Assembly (NCBI GenBank): GCA_963790305.1
Contig: CAWBOC010000005.1
Coordinates: 800,001-864,000 of the forward strand
Reading direction: 5' to 3'
DNA length: 64,000 nt
Source: an uncultured Gemmatimonadaceae bacterium
GTDB lineage: Bacteria; Gemmatimonadota; Gemmatimonadetes; Gemmatimonadales; Gemmatimonadaceae
The first letter of the stretch is position 1. Each line of letters starts with the position of its first letter. Below are positions 1 to 9,880 of this stretch, piece after piece. The notes under the pieces were generated by a model, which had not been told where the DNA came from, did not search any database, and saw only the letters and a list, made by a program, of their open reading frames with translations. A program made the translations under genes and the position numbers.

Positions 1-34
1 ATCACCTCGACATCCTTGACGACCTCGACAACCT
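1..34. repeat. 9-mer tandem repeat arm (family D, (G)ACCTCGAC-like), cut by window edge
   Basis: atcacctcg acatccttg acgacctcg acaacct; same unit as 19068-19179. Confidence 0.6.
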
Positions 35-81
35 TTCGCGAAGAACACACCTTGAGCACTTCCAGAAATCCCGAGGCGTTC

Positions 82-471
82 ATGTGGCGTGAGTTCAAGC
101 AGTTCCTGGTGAAGGAAAATGTGCTGGCTCTCGCGATCGCGGTCGTGATCGGCGCCGCAATGGGAAAGCTGGTCACGGCGCTCGTGAACGACTTCATCAT
201 GCCGATCGTGTCCGCGGTCACGCCGGCGGGGAACTGGCGGGAGTACACGCTCGATGTCGGACCAGTGAGCTTCCTCATCGGCGATTTCATCGGGGCGCTG
301 ATCGACTTCACCATCGTCGCGTTCGTCGTATGGCGGATCAGCAAGGCATTGATCCGTCCCGCCCCGGCTTCCGAGAAGCCTGCCACCCGAGAGTGTCCGC
401 ATTGCCGCTCGACGATCGACGCTCGTGCAACGCGTTGCGCGCACTGTACGGCGACGCTGGTGGCGGCGTAA
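82..471 (+). CDS. mscL: Large-conductance mechanosensitive channel with C-terminal CxxC...CxxC zinc ribbon
   Basis: MWREFKQFLVKENVLALAIAVVIGAAMGKLVTALVNDFIMP is the MscL signature; tail ECPHC...RCAHC. Confidence 0.92.
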   Translation: MWREFKQFLVKENVLALAIAVVIGAAMGKLVTALVNDFIMPIVSAVTPAGNWREYTLDVGPVSFLIGDFIGALIDFTIVAFVVWRISKALIRPAPASEKPATRECPHCRSTIDARATRCAHCTATLVAA

Positions 472-475
472 GGCG

Positions 476-525
476 ATGCGGAATACGGAATGCGGATTCA
501 GGGATCCGCATTCCGTATTCCGCAT
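476..525. repeat. Family B heptamer palindrome (GGAATGC/GCATTCC); possible bidirectional terminator
   Basis: 22-bp perfect stem 476-497/504-525 between convergent genes. Confidence 0.85.
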
Positions 526-528
526 TCT

Positions 529-909
529 TCATAGCCCCAATTTCACATTGATATCGACGAGCACCACCCGAGGCGCGTCGATGAAGACCACGCGCTCCGG
601 CTCGCGACGCACCACGATTTTTTGCAGACGGCCCCGTCCCCGACCGCGTCCGCGGTTGCCGACGCGATAGTAGATGACGCGGGTGTCCTCGATGACGTCG
701 ATGCGGACGACTTCGTAGCCGTGCTTCACGAGCATTTCGCGCGCGACGGTCACGGCCTCGGTGGTCGAGGGGACCTTGACCTTCTTCTTGTTCCCGGCGC
801 CCGGCGGGGCTTTCCAGTCTCCGCTTCCTTGAGCCGCGGCGGCGCCGCCCGTCAACCAGAGTCCGGCGGCCACTGAGGCGATAAGAGCAATTCGCACGTA
901 GCGAGTCAT
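529..909 (-). CDS. Secreted hypothetical protein
   Basis: GGAGAG RBS, MTRYVRIALIASVAAGLWLTGGAAAAQ signal peptide; this is the 3' part of ORF 529-1401, which is an artefactual fusion. Confidence 0.65.
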   Translation of the reverse strand: MTRYVRIALIASVAAGLWLTGGAAAAQGSGDWKAPPGAGNKKKVKVPSTTEAVTVAREMLVKHGYEVVRIDVIEDTRVIYYRVGNRGRGRGRGRLQKIVVRREPERVVFIDAPRVVLVDINVKLGL

Positions 910-928
910 GAGTCTCTCCGTGAAGGAT

Positions 929-1401
929 CTACTCATCACGACGCCCCTGGCCCCTGGCGGGCAACGACTCGTTGCCGAGTGCCTTGAGGAGATGAAACTG
1001 CCGATAGCCGGGCGGGTATCCTTCGAGCACGCCGAACTGGACGTATCCCAGCTTCTCATAGAAGGGGAGCGCCTGGTACTCGAAGGTGTCGAGGTAATGC
1101 CGAGGCAGTCGTGTCGTCGCGCGTACTCTTCGACCGTGCGCATGACGCGCGAGCCGACGCCGTGGCCTCGCAGCTCGTCAGGCAGCCATAGCTTCGCGAC
1201 GTACACCCACCTCCACTTGACGTGACCGAGGAGGCCGCCGACCACGCGGCCGCTCTCGTCGCGCACGAAGACGCCGAGCTGGACTTCGTTGGGGTCACCG
1301 ATGACGGCGCGGTTGAACTCCCGCAGCCCGTCGGTGACGACGCGCGCGTCGTCCGCGCGGGGGCGCTCGTCGAGCTCGACGCGAAGGTCTCTCGGCGTCA
1401 C
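929..1401 (-). CDS. GNAT acetyltransferase (1-nt frameshift near 1096)
   Basis: LWLPDELRGHGVGSRVM motif A; restoring one base continues YLDTFEYQALPFYEKLGY to TAG at 929. Confidence 0.82.
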
Positions 1402-1440
1402 CAGTTCCTGTGCCGTCTTCCGCGGTTGAAACGGAGCGCG

Positions 1441-2248
1441 CTAGAAGCAATGCTCGAATATCACGAGCTGCGCGCTTCCGTCCGGCGCGGAACGCACGCC
1501 GAGGAAGAACTTGTCGATCTTGTTGCCGGGATGCGTGTGGTGGTATTGCTCGATCTTCCGGCCGGTGAGTATCCCGACGAAGGAGCCGAGCACCAGGTCG
1601 CTCATCCAGTGTCTTCGAAGATACAGCCGGCTCGCTGTCGGAAGCGCCGCTACGGTGTAGAGCACCGGTGGCACCCACCTCATGCGATCCGGCCACCGTC
1701 GCTTCATCTCACTCGACACCACGGCCGCGACCGCGAAGTTCGCCGACGCGTGAATCGAAGGGAAGGATCGATACTCGAACTGCTTGAAGCCCTGAAAGGC
1801 GTCGAAGTTGACCGGGTCGTCAGGGGTCACGTACGGACGCGTGCGACCGACGCTTCCGCGAACCAGCGTGAGCAACGTCGACGACACGAACACGGCCTCG
1901 GTCGCGTGAAAGGCAATGTCGGCGAGGTGTCGCTTCTTGGTCAGCCGGCCGGTGAGATACAGGATGCCGCCGGCGAGCATCACGCGGTCGTCGGTCGCGA
2001 GGTTCGCGTTTCGCGACATGCGACCGAATGAATCGGTTCCCCTGGACGTCATCGCCGCGCACCCACTCGTCGACGCGCTCATCCACCTGGAACAACAGGA
2101 TCGACGCGACGAGGAAAGCGCCTCCCCACACCGCGTCCCGACGCGTGAACAACGGCTCCGTAGAAACGCCGGCCGTATCGCTCGGCTGAGCGAGAAGGGA
2201 CGTTGCGAGGGTGAGCGTCAGCAGCAAGCCGGAAATGGCGCGTATCAC
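1441..2248 (-). CDS. PAP2-family phosphatase (frameshift near 2027)
   Basis: Signal peptide in ORF 1820-2248; GRTRP, SFPSIH and SRLYLRRHWMSD PAP2 motifs in ORF 1441-2082. Confidence 0.82.
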
Positions 2249-2331
2249 GAGGCTGTCCTTGTCGGTCGCGCCGGTCTCTAGTGCAACCGCCGTTCCTCTC
2301 CCAGGCCATGAGGAGCTTCACTACCTCTCGC

Positions 2332-2384
2332 AACGGCAAAGAGGACAGAGTTCCGAATTTCTGAACTCTGTCCTCTTTGCCGTT
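2332..2384. repeat. Perfect 22-bp inverted repeat, 9-nt loop
   Basis: aacggcaaagaggacagagttc / gaactctgtcctctttgccgtt. Confidence 0.85.
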
Positions 2385-2395
2385 CAGGAACGAGT

Positions 2396-2539
2396 CTAAT
2401 CCCGAGCCTCGGTGCCGGCCTCGGCGGCGCCCACGTGCTCCTCGTGCTCAGGTGGCGCGTCGCCGCGCTCCACGTTGCCACCTAACGAGCCGATCTCCTG
2501 CGACGACTCCTGGCGAGGATTCTTCATCTGGTCGCTCAC
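2396..2539 (-). CDS. Small 47-aa hydrophilic protein, translationally coupled to yciF (below the ORF-track size cutoff)
   Basis: GTG overlaps the yciF TGA (GTGA), upstream GAGGA; MSDQMKNPRQESSQEIGSLGGNVERGDAPPEHEEHVGAAEAGTEARD. Confidence 0.5.
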   Translation of the reverse strand: MSDQMKNPRQESSQEIGSLGGNVERGDAPPEHEEHVGAAEAGTEARD

Positions 2540-3189
2540 CGTGCCGTTGATTCCTCTTTGGCGCGACCACCACTGCGGCCGCGGCTGCCGCCGCGCGCGC
2601 TCCCGCGACCACCTTCGACGGCGGTGCGCCGGGATACTTCCCGCTCGGAACGTCCGCGCGCTCCGCGCGTCGTCTCTTCCTCTTCCTCATCGCCGTCCGC
2701 CGTCGCCGCCTCGATGTTGATCGAGCTCTCGGCGAGCTGCGTCAGGAGCTTGTTGGTGTCGCCTTCCTCATCGAGCGTCTGCTGGAGCAGCTGCGCCTGA
2801 CGATCGGCGCCGAGGAGCTGGGCGTAGGTCCGCACGGTCCCGTACCCAGCGATCTCGTAGTGCTCGATGTGCTGCGCCTTCGAGATGAGCCCGGCATCGA
2901 GAACGTCAGGGTCAGGGCGCTCCTTGATGAGCTCCTGGCCTTCCTCGATGAGACCCTCCATTCCGACGCACTTCTTGCCACGCGGGCTTTCGCCGAGGTC
3001 TTCGAAGACCTGCTCGAGGCGCTTGACCTGCTGCTCCGTCTGGCGCAGGTGCGTCATGAATGCCTTCGAGAGCTCCGGATCATTGGCGGCCTTCGCCATT
3101 TTCGGGAGCGCCTTCACCAGCTGCTTCTCAGCGCTCCACAGATCCTTGAGCTCGTCAATGTAGAGGTCCCGCAGCGTGTTCAGTTCCAT
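2536..3189 (-). CDS. yciF: Ferritin-like DUF892 stress protein with charged C-terminal tail
   Basis: LRDLYIDELKDLWSAEKQLVKALPKM, CVGMEGLIEEG, QHIEHYEIAGYGT; GGAGGAG RBS. Confidence 0.92.
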   Translation of the reverse strand: MELNTLRDLYIDELKDLWSAEKQLVKALPKMAKAANDPELSKAFMTHLRQTEQQVKRLEQVFEDLGESPRGKKCVGMEGLIEEGQELIKERPDPDVLDAGLISKAQHIEHYEIAGYGTVRTYAQLLGADRQAQLLQQTLDEEGDTNKLLTQLAESSINIEAATADGDEEEEETTRGARGRSEREVSRRTAVEGGRGSARGGSRGRSGGRAKEESTAR

Positions 3190-3245
3190 GATCTCCTCCG
3201 CCTCCCAAGGTCGGTTCGTTGTCGTGCAGTCACCGGTCTTCTCGG

Positions 3246-3260
3246 GCAAGTTCAGCGCCG
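3246..3260 (-). promoter_or_regulatory. Sigma54-like -24/-12 promoter upstream of yciF
   Basis: CGGCGCTGAACTTGC, GG-N10-GC. Confidence 0.45.
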
Positions 3261-3311
3261 GACGTGGGTACCCGCGACCGATTGGTCACATCGCGGCACT
3301 AACTGCGCACC

Positions 3312-3767
3312 TCACCCACGCCTCCCGTGCTTGGGAACCACCGTGACGTGGCCATTCTTCTCGAGCACCGCGTAGTCAATGTCATCCAGGGTCGACACCC
3401 CCTGCAGCTCACGTGCTGCTTCCAGAACGTCCGCCTCGTCCACGCGTTCTCGCTGGAGCCGATCGGAGTGGACTTTCCCTCGCTCGATGAGAACCAGCGG
3501 CGTGCCATCGAGGAGCCGTTCGATGCGGCCCGAGCGCTGCTTCAACACCGACATGATGACGTTCAACCCTACGAGTGTGATCACGAGCAGAAAGGCATTG
3601 GTCATCGAGTGGTCATTGTCGACGAGAGCCGACTGAACTGCTTCGCTGATGATCAGAATGAGCACGAAGTCGAACGTCGTGATCCCGGCGAGTGTGCGCG
3701 AGCCGGCCAGCCGAAGAATCAGAAGCAGGACGATGTAGGTAGCCAGGGCGCGAAGTATGGAATCCAC
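3312..3767 (-). CDS. DUF421/YetF membrane protein
   Basis: RLAGSRTLAGITTFDFVLILIISEA...LDGTPLVLIERG...AVLEKNGHVTVV. Confidence 0.9.
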   Translation of the reverse strand: MDSILRALATYIVLLLILRLAGSRTLAGITTFDFVLILIISEAVQSALVDNDHSMTNAFLLVITLVGLNVIMSVLKQRSGRIERLLDGTPLVLIERGKVHSDRLQRERVDEADVLEAARELQGVSTLDDIDYAVLEKNGHVTVVPKHGRRG

Positions 3768-3776
3768 GGCGCACCT

Positions 3777-4283
3777 CTATGGGTAGATGAATTGGCGGAA
3801 GGAGACACCCTCCCCCCCGGCGATTCCGGCTCGGGCGTGCTCGGACCAGTATTCATCCGGACGCAGGTTGAAGGTGATGCGCGCTGGCTGCGACCGCTCC
3901 GCCGTCATGAACGTGAACAGGACGAGGTCGCCGCGGGTGACGACGCGCGCCGGCTCCGGGATGACGCTTTCGATCTCGATACCCTCGAGGTACTCGCGTG
4001 TCATCCAGAGCGTCAGCGTGTCACCGCGCAGGGCGCGCGGCTCGATCTCGGCCCTGAGGGAGCTCGTGGCTCCGTGACGTGCGAATCGATCGTAGTCCAG
4101 CGTTAGCCCTTCCGCCCGCGCCTGTCCATCGGCGAGCGGCCCGTGGCCGAATAGGCCGAGTGAGGCGCCAATCACGATGAGGAGCATCACTACCCAACCA
4201 ACTCGCTGCACTCGCCACAACGAGCGTGCGTGATCGAGGTCCTGATCGACCTCTATCAAACCGACACGATGTGGTTCGCCCAC
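3777..4283 (-). CDS. Conserved membrane-anchored hypothetical protein, co-oriented with DUF421
   Basis: AAGGAGG RBS then GTG; one TM segment, then LGLFGHGPL; ends FRQFIYP. Confidence 0.75.
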   Translation of the reverse strand: MGEPHRVGLIEVDQDLDHARSLWRVQRVGWVVMLLIVIGASLGLFGHGPLADGQARAEGLTLDYDRFARHGATSSLRAEIEPRALRGDTLTLWMTREYLEGIEIESVIPEPARVVTRGDLVLFTFMTAERSQPARITFNLRPDEYWSEHARAGIAGGEGVSFRQFIYP

Positions 4284-4320
4284 AAACGCCTCCTTTGAAT
4301 GGTGATGTCGGGCCGTCGAG

Positions 4321-4335
4321 GCATTGCCTGTGCCA
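4321..4335 (-). promoter_or_regulatory. Sigma54-like promoter for the hypothetical-DUF421-yciF block
   Basis: TGGCACAGGCAATGC, GG-N10-GC, about 40 nt upstream of the start codon. Confidence 0.6.
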
Positions 4336-4493
4336 TTCTGGCTAGGAAAGTGACGCCGCGGCGTGCAGCCGTCGGCGTCGACGTGCATAACGGGCGGAAA
4401 TGATGAGCAGCGCACACTTCAGCGCAGTCATGGCACAGGTACTGTAAGAGTGCGTGGTCTCGCTCGACGACCGCTCACTCGGAGGATGGTACG

Positions 4494-4778
4494 ATGACGT
4501 ACAAAGTTATTCGTCGCGACATTGCTGGAATGTTGCTCGCGGCACTGTTGATCCTGGTATCGGCACCAGCGCAGGGGTACGCCCAGACCACTGGGGATAC
4601 GGGACAGACCATGAGACAGAGTGGCGGCCAGGTTGCTGCCGTCGACGATGACGACGACGGGATGGATCTGGGATGGATCGGCCTTCTCGGCCTTGCAGGG
4701 CTGCTCGGCCTGCGGCGCCGCGAACCTGACCACGTTCACCGCGTCGACACCCCACCGCGCACGACGACGCGGCCCTAA
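4494..4778 (+). CDS. Small exported protein with WGxxGxxG-CTERM-like sorting tail
   Basis: GGAGG RBS; signal peptide; DDDDDGMDLGWIGLLGLAGLLGLRRR. Confidence 0.8.
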   Translation: MTYKVIRRDIAGMLLAALLILVSAPAQGYAQTTGDTGQTMRQSGGQVAAVDDDDDGMDLGWIGLLGLAGLLGLRRREPDHVHRVDTPPRTTTRP

Positions 4779-4794
4779 GTAGTAAGAGGACGGC

Positions 4795-4821
4795 CTGGGC
4801 TGATCGACTCGGTCAGCCCAG
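4795..4821. terminator. Hairpin between convergent genes
   Basis: ctgggctgatcg / cggtcagcccag. Confidence 0.5.
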
Positions 4822-4912
4822 TTCCATCTCTCTGCTCAACGTCTCGTGATTCGCGTCCGCAGCTGGGGGTGCCTGGCGAGCATCGTCCTGTCGGTGCTCG
4901 CGACGGTCGTGC

Positions 4913-5839
4913 TCAATCTTCTCCTGCGCGCGTGCTCATGACGCCCGTTCCCTTGACGGAGGGCGTCTCGTCGCCGTCCCGCCGCAAGAGGATCTCCAGC
5001 TCTCGCTCGCGCAGGTCGAACGGATATCCGGCGCCGACGATGCCGACCCGGAGATAGCTCAGCGTCAGCGGCGCACCCTTTTGCGCCTCCTCCGCATTGT
5101 CGAACCGGACGCCACGACCGTCCACGAAGTAGACGGAGCCGTTGCCGACGACCTCTCCGAGGTGCCCACGCACGACGAGAGCGGTGTCTTCGTCGATGCC
5201 GAGGCCCATGAGCTCGGGATTCTCGGCCACGCGGCGGAACAGGCGCTGGAGCCGTCCTCGCTTCGAGAAGTGCGTATCGATGAGCGCGGAGAAGCCTAAC
5301 AAGCCGAAGCCGGGACCAAGGTAGAGCGGCACTTCCTGTCCTTCCTCATCGATCTCTCCGCCGGCGAGCATCGTCTCGGACAGCGCCGCGGCACCCGCGC
5401 TCGTTCCACAGACGATGGCCCCGTTGGCGAACGCTTCCTTGATGGCGCGACCGACGCGGGAACCGCTCAGAGTGGCCACCAGGTGCACCTGATCACCGCC
5501 GCCCAGGAAAATGCCTTGCGCATCGAGGACCATTTGCGCGATGCGTGCGTCCTGCGCGCGCGAGCGTCGGTCGATGATCGGGAGCTCCACGTTGGTCGCG
5601 CCCGCCTCGGCGAACGCATCCTTCCAGGCGATGGCGGAGCCGACGGGGTCGGTCGACGCAGTGGTGAAGCCGACGATCTTGCCCCCTTCACGGGCGTTGC
5701 AGCCCTGAAGAAAGACGTCCATCGCCGGCCCCTTGGGGTCGAGCGCTCCGCCGATGAGGATCAGCGTCCCCGCTTTACGATCGTCGTGGCGCGAGGCGGG
5801 CTGTTGCGCGCGCTCCTGCGGAAGACGTGCGGTCGTCAT
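4913..5839 (-). CDS. cphB: Cyanophycinase (peptidase S51)
   Basis: LILIGGA, GGGDQ, GTSAGA (Ser), DTHFSKRGRLQRL (His), GIDEDT (Glu); last gene of the cphA operon. Confidence 0.88.
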   Translation of the reverse strand: MTTARLPQERAQQPASRHDDRKAGTLILIGGALDPKGPAMDVFLQGCNAREGGKIVGFTTASTDPVGSAIAWKDAFAEAGATNVELPIIDRRSRAQDARIAQMVLDAQGIFLGGGDQVHLVATLSGSRVGRAIKEAFANGAIVCGTSAGAAALSETMLAGGEIDEEGQEVPLYLGPGFGLLGFSALIDTHFSKRGRLQRLFRRVAENPELMGLGIDEDTALVVRGHLGEVVGNGSVYFVDGRGVRFDNAEEAQKGAPLTLSYLRVGIVGAGYPFDLRERELEILLRRDGDETPSVKGTGVMSTRAGED

Positions 5840-6901
5840 GCCGTCGCGACCTGCGTGCTCTCGCGATTCAGCTCCTCGGTCGCGAACATGGCCAGTGCGC
5901 CCGCGACCTGTGCCGCGATCGCGACATCATCGCGAACTACGCCACCGTCCACGGTTCGCTCGTAGGTCTGCAGGGCGATGCGCCCATCGCGCACGAGCGC
6001 GACCGCGCACGCTACGCGCTGATCGCGCACGGTGACGTCATCATCCGTCGCGAAGATCGCGACGCGGCAGCTCTGCTCGCGCGCGTAGTCCTGAATCTCC
6101 CATTCCTTCGCCGGCACGATGACGACCCCGTCCCGACGCACACAATCGGCGAGCACGCCCACGAGCCGCTGGGCACGATCGGCATCGCGATACCGGTCGG
6201 GCACATCGGTGAGCTCGGCGTCGAGGATGATCGCCATTCTCGGAGCGGGCGTAGGGAAGCCCCGCCTCGAGGAGATACGAGGGCGAGATGTCGACCACGA
6301 GCTCGGCGTCACTCAGCCCGCGGCGAAGCATCTCTTCACGCGTCTCGTGACGCGGACCGCCTCCGGTGATGCCGCAGAGCACGCGCTGTCGAAGCGCCGG
6401 GGCGTCGGGCGTGTCGAGAAGGGCGCTCAGCTCGCGCACGGCGTACTCCACGCCATTGAGAGTGCCGCCAAACGCTCGCTGCACGATCTCCAGCGCCAGG
6501 GCGCCAGCGCGAAGCCCCGCCTGCTCGTGCCAATGCTCGAACACCACCGTGTATTCGCCGGGCACGTCGCCACCGCGCGTCTTCCCATATCCCACGTCGA
6601 GTCCGGCCATGACCTGCAGCTCGAGCGCGACGTGCTCGATGACATGGGGAGCGTAGGTCCCGCGCGCGAGCCGTTGAAGGAAGCCGCCCCGCTGGCCAAT
6701 GCTGCAGCGATGCTCGATCAGCCCTGGCATCGCGTTGCGCAGTGACTCGAGTACGCCGGGGACGTGCGCCGATGAGATTTCGTCGTACCGTCCCACGACG
6801 AGATCCAGACGCGTCACCGGGCGCTGCGACCAAAAATTCGCTCCGCGGAGCGAGTGGAGGCCCGTGAGCTGGATCTCCGTCGCGGGGACGAGCTCGCTCA
6901 T
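5836..6901 (-). CDS. Truncated CphA paralog: N domain plus degenerate Mur-ligase core, no ATP-grasp domain (frameshift near 6237)
   Basis: LRGANFWS, C-x19-HVIEH; C-terminal half aligns by eye to the CphA M-core without the GKT motif; ATGA overlaps with both neighbours. Confidence 0.8.
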
Positions 6902-9569
6902 GAGGCCTTCGAGCCTCCCAGCCCACGCACATGCTCGAGGACGCCCCTCACATCGTCCGCCAGTATTACCGCCAGATCGTTCGTGTCGAGGAGCGCGACG
7001 GCACGCTCGACGGCCTCGATCTCGGAATGGACGACCTCGACGCGCTCCTCGGGCAAGCCAGCCTCGAGCAGGCCCTCGATGAGCAGAGCCGCAACCTCAC
7101 CGCGCCGGCGCCCGCGTCGGTCGTCGTCTTCCTTCACGACGACATGGTCGAGCGATCCAGCGAGACGGCCCACGGCGCGAATGTCCTCGTCTCTCCGGTC
7201 GCCGGGAGCGGCGAGCACGCCAATGCGCCGGCGCGCCGGGAGCTGCTGCACCAGCTCCATCAGCCCCTGCACGGCCGCCGCGTTGTGCGCGTAGTCAATG
7301 AGCAAGCGGGCGCCATTCATCCGAATCAGGTTCAGGCGGCCGGGTGTCATCGACGGCGACGGGAAGAACGAAAGAAGCCCCGCTCGAATGTCGTCGTACC
7401 GAACACCCTGGACGTAGGCGGTGGCGATTGCCGCCAGCACGTTCCCGCGCTGGAATCGTGCGGCCCCTCCCATCATGAGTGGCACATCGCGCACGGCGGC
7501 GATCGGAATGCGCAGCCGTCCGCGGCGAATGACGAAGGTGTCGTTCTCGATCAACGTCGCGATGCCGTTGCGGCCGATGTGATCGGCGACGGCCGGGTTC
7601 GCGCCTTCGTCGTCGGTCGAAAAGAGAACGACATCACCCGGCGACCGGTCGCGCATCGCGTAGACGAGCGGATCATCGGCGTTGAGCACCGCGTGGCCTT
7701 CACGCTTCACGACGGCGGCGATGACGCTCTTCACCTCTGCCAGCTGCTCCAGCGTATGAATGCCGCGCAGGCCGAGGTGATCCGCGCTGACGTTGAGGAC
7801 CACGCCGACGTCGCACTCGTCGAACCCGAGCCCCGCCCGCAGAATGCCGCCGCGCGCCGTCTCGAGCACCGCGACGTCGACCGCCGCGTTCGACAGGATG
7901 ATGTTGGCGGAGAACGGGCCGGTCATGTCCCCTTCCATGACGAGCCGGTTGTTCAGGTACACGCCGTCGGTGGTCGTTAGGCCCACCGCGCGGTCGGTGT
8001 GGCGAAAGAGATGCGCGATGAGCCGCACCGTGGTCGTCTTGCCGTTCGTCCCGGTGACCGCGATGACGGGAATGGTGCAGTCGCTCCCCGGCGGGTAGAG
8101 CATGTCGAGGATCGGCGCCGCCACATTGCGCGCCTGCCCCTCCGCCGGGTGCGTGTGCATGCGAATGCCCGGGGCCGCGTTGACCTCGATGATGACGGCG
8201 CCGTTGTCGCGGAAGGGCACGGAGATGTCCGCCGTCATGACGTCGATGCCCGCGACGTCGAGCCCCACTGCTCCGGCCGCCATCTCGCACGCGGTGGCGT
8301 TGTCGGGATGAATCTCTTCAGTGCGATCGATCGCCGTTCCGCCGGTCGACAGGTTGGCGGTCGGTCGCAACGCGACGACTTCTCCCTTCGGCGGCACCGA
8401 GTCGAAGGTGTACTCGCGCTCGGCCAGGTACGACGCGGTGAGCTCATCGAGCGGCAACCGCGTGAGAATCTTCGTGTGCCCGAAGCCGCGCCGTGGATCG
8501 CGATTCTCGATCTCGATGAGCTCGCCGGATCGTATGTGTCCCATCTCCGATCACGCGCGCTGGAACGCGCTCCGCGACCGCCACGACCTTCCCGTTCACC
8601 ACCAGCACCCGATGGTCGGTGCCGTCCACGTAGCGCTCGACGACCACGGCGTCGGAGACGGCGTGCGGTTGCCGCCACGACGCGCGCACCGCCTCCTCAT
8701 CATCGAGGCGAGGTGGAGATGCCACGCCCGTGACTGGCATCGAGCGGCTTGAGGATCACCGGATACCCGATGCGCATCGCGATGTCCACCGCTTCCTCGA
8801 CATCGTCGGCCACGTCGCCCACCGGCACCGGCAAGCCGATCGACTCGAGAACGCGCTTGGTCTCATCCTTGTTCTGGGCGATCTCGACCGCGATCGAGCT
8901 CGTGCTGTCCGCCATCGTCGCTTGAATGCGCCGCAAGTTCTTGCCCAGGCCGAGCTGGACCAGCGAGCGCGAATTGAGACGCCTAACGGGGATCCCGCGG
9001 CGGCGCGCCTCCTCGACGATGGCACCCGTGGACGGGCCCAGCCGAACCTGCTGCCAGAGCGCCTGCAGGTCGGGGACGAGGCGGTCCATGTCGGCCGTCT
9101 CACCCGCGATGCATGCCTTGACCAGTCGCACGGCCTCGCGCACGGCACGAAGACCGACTTCCTCCTCCTCGTAGGCGACCATGACCCACCACACGCCCGC
9201 GTCCCCGGACGGCACCACACGCCCGAAGCCGACGTCGCTACCGGCGAGGACCTGCAGCTCGAGCGCGACGTGCTCGAGGATGTGCGGCAGGTGCGTGCCC
9301 TCGCGCAGCCGCTCGACGAACCCACCCGCGACGCCTCGAGAGCATTCGTGCTCGCGCAGGGAAGGGAGCAGGGTCGTCAGGCGCTCGGTGAAGTCGGGCA
9401 GGTCGGCCGAGGAGACGTGCTCCAGGCCGCCGAGGGCGACGTCGCAGGCGATCACGGGAGCGAGACGCCAGTAATTCGGTCCGCGAAGGGCACGAATGCG
9501 AGTAACGCGAAGGTCGTCGGGGCGAAGGTCCGGCGCGAGGTTGGTCGCGCCAGAGAGCGGCTCGGACAT
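6898..9569 (-). CDS. cphA: Cyanophycin synthetase CphA1, about 890 aa (frameshifts near 8715 and 8526)
   Basis: LRGPNYW, C-x19-HILEH, KPLDASHGRG, DHRVLVVNG, ANLSTGG, EVNAAPG, AVTGTNGKTT, DYAHN across three consecutive ORFs. Confidence 0.93.
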
Positions 9570-9880
9570 CGAGGGTTAGCTGCAGGTCAGCGGGCGCGAC
9601 GTCTAAGTCGCAGGGATTCTTGCTGTTCAGCGATAGTCACACCGCGCAAAAGCGCAGAAAGCAGGCCACCCCGCGGCGGCCCCGCGCGCGCAAAAAAAAC
9701 CTCGGCGGCGCGCGAAACATCCGGAGAACCGGCACGAGTTTACAACGCGTTGCGCTGCAAAGTCTTGGGCGTCTTTCCAGTGGCACGATTTCGTACGTCC
9801 GCACGCCGTGCACCTTCGTTGCGCCTCGACCTCCGGATGTCATCCGCGATGTCGAGCGCGTTCTCATTCGCTGCTCCTGG

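Noticed and set aside
529..1401. GNAT fused to a secreted domain (290-aa ORF)
   Set aside because: Artefact of the frameshift near 1096; the downstream gene has its own RBS and ATG at 909.
9781..9796. Sigma54 promoter TGGCACGATTTCGTA before the DGC
   Set aside because: Good -24 box but no GC at the required spacing.
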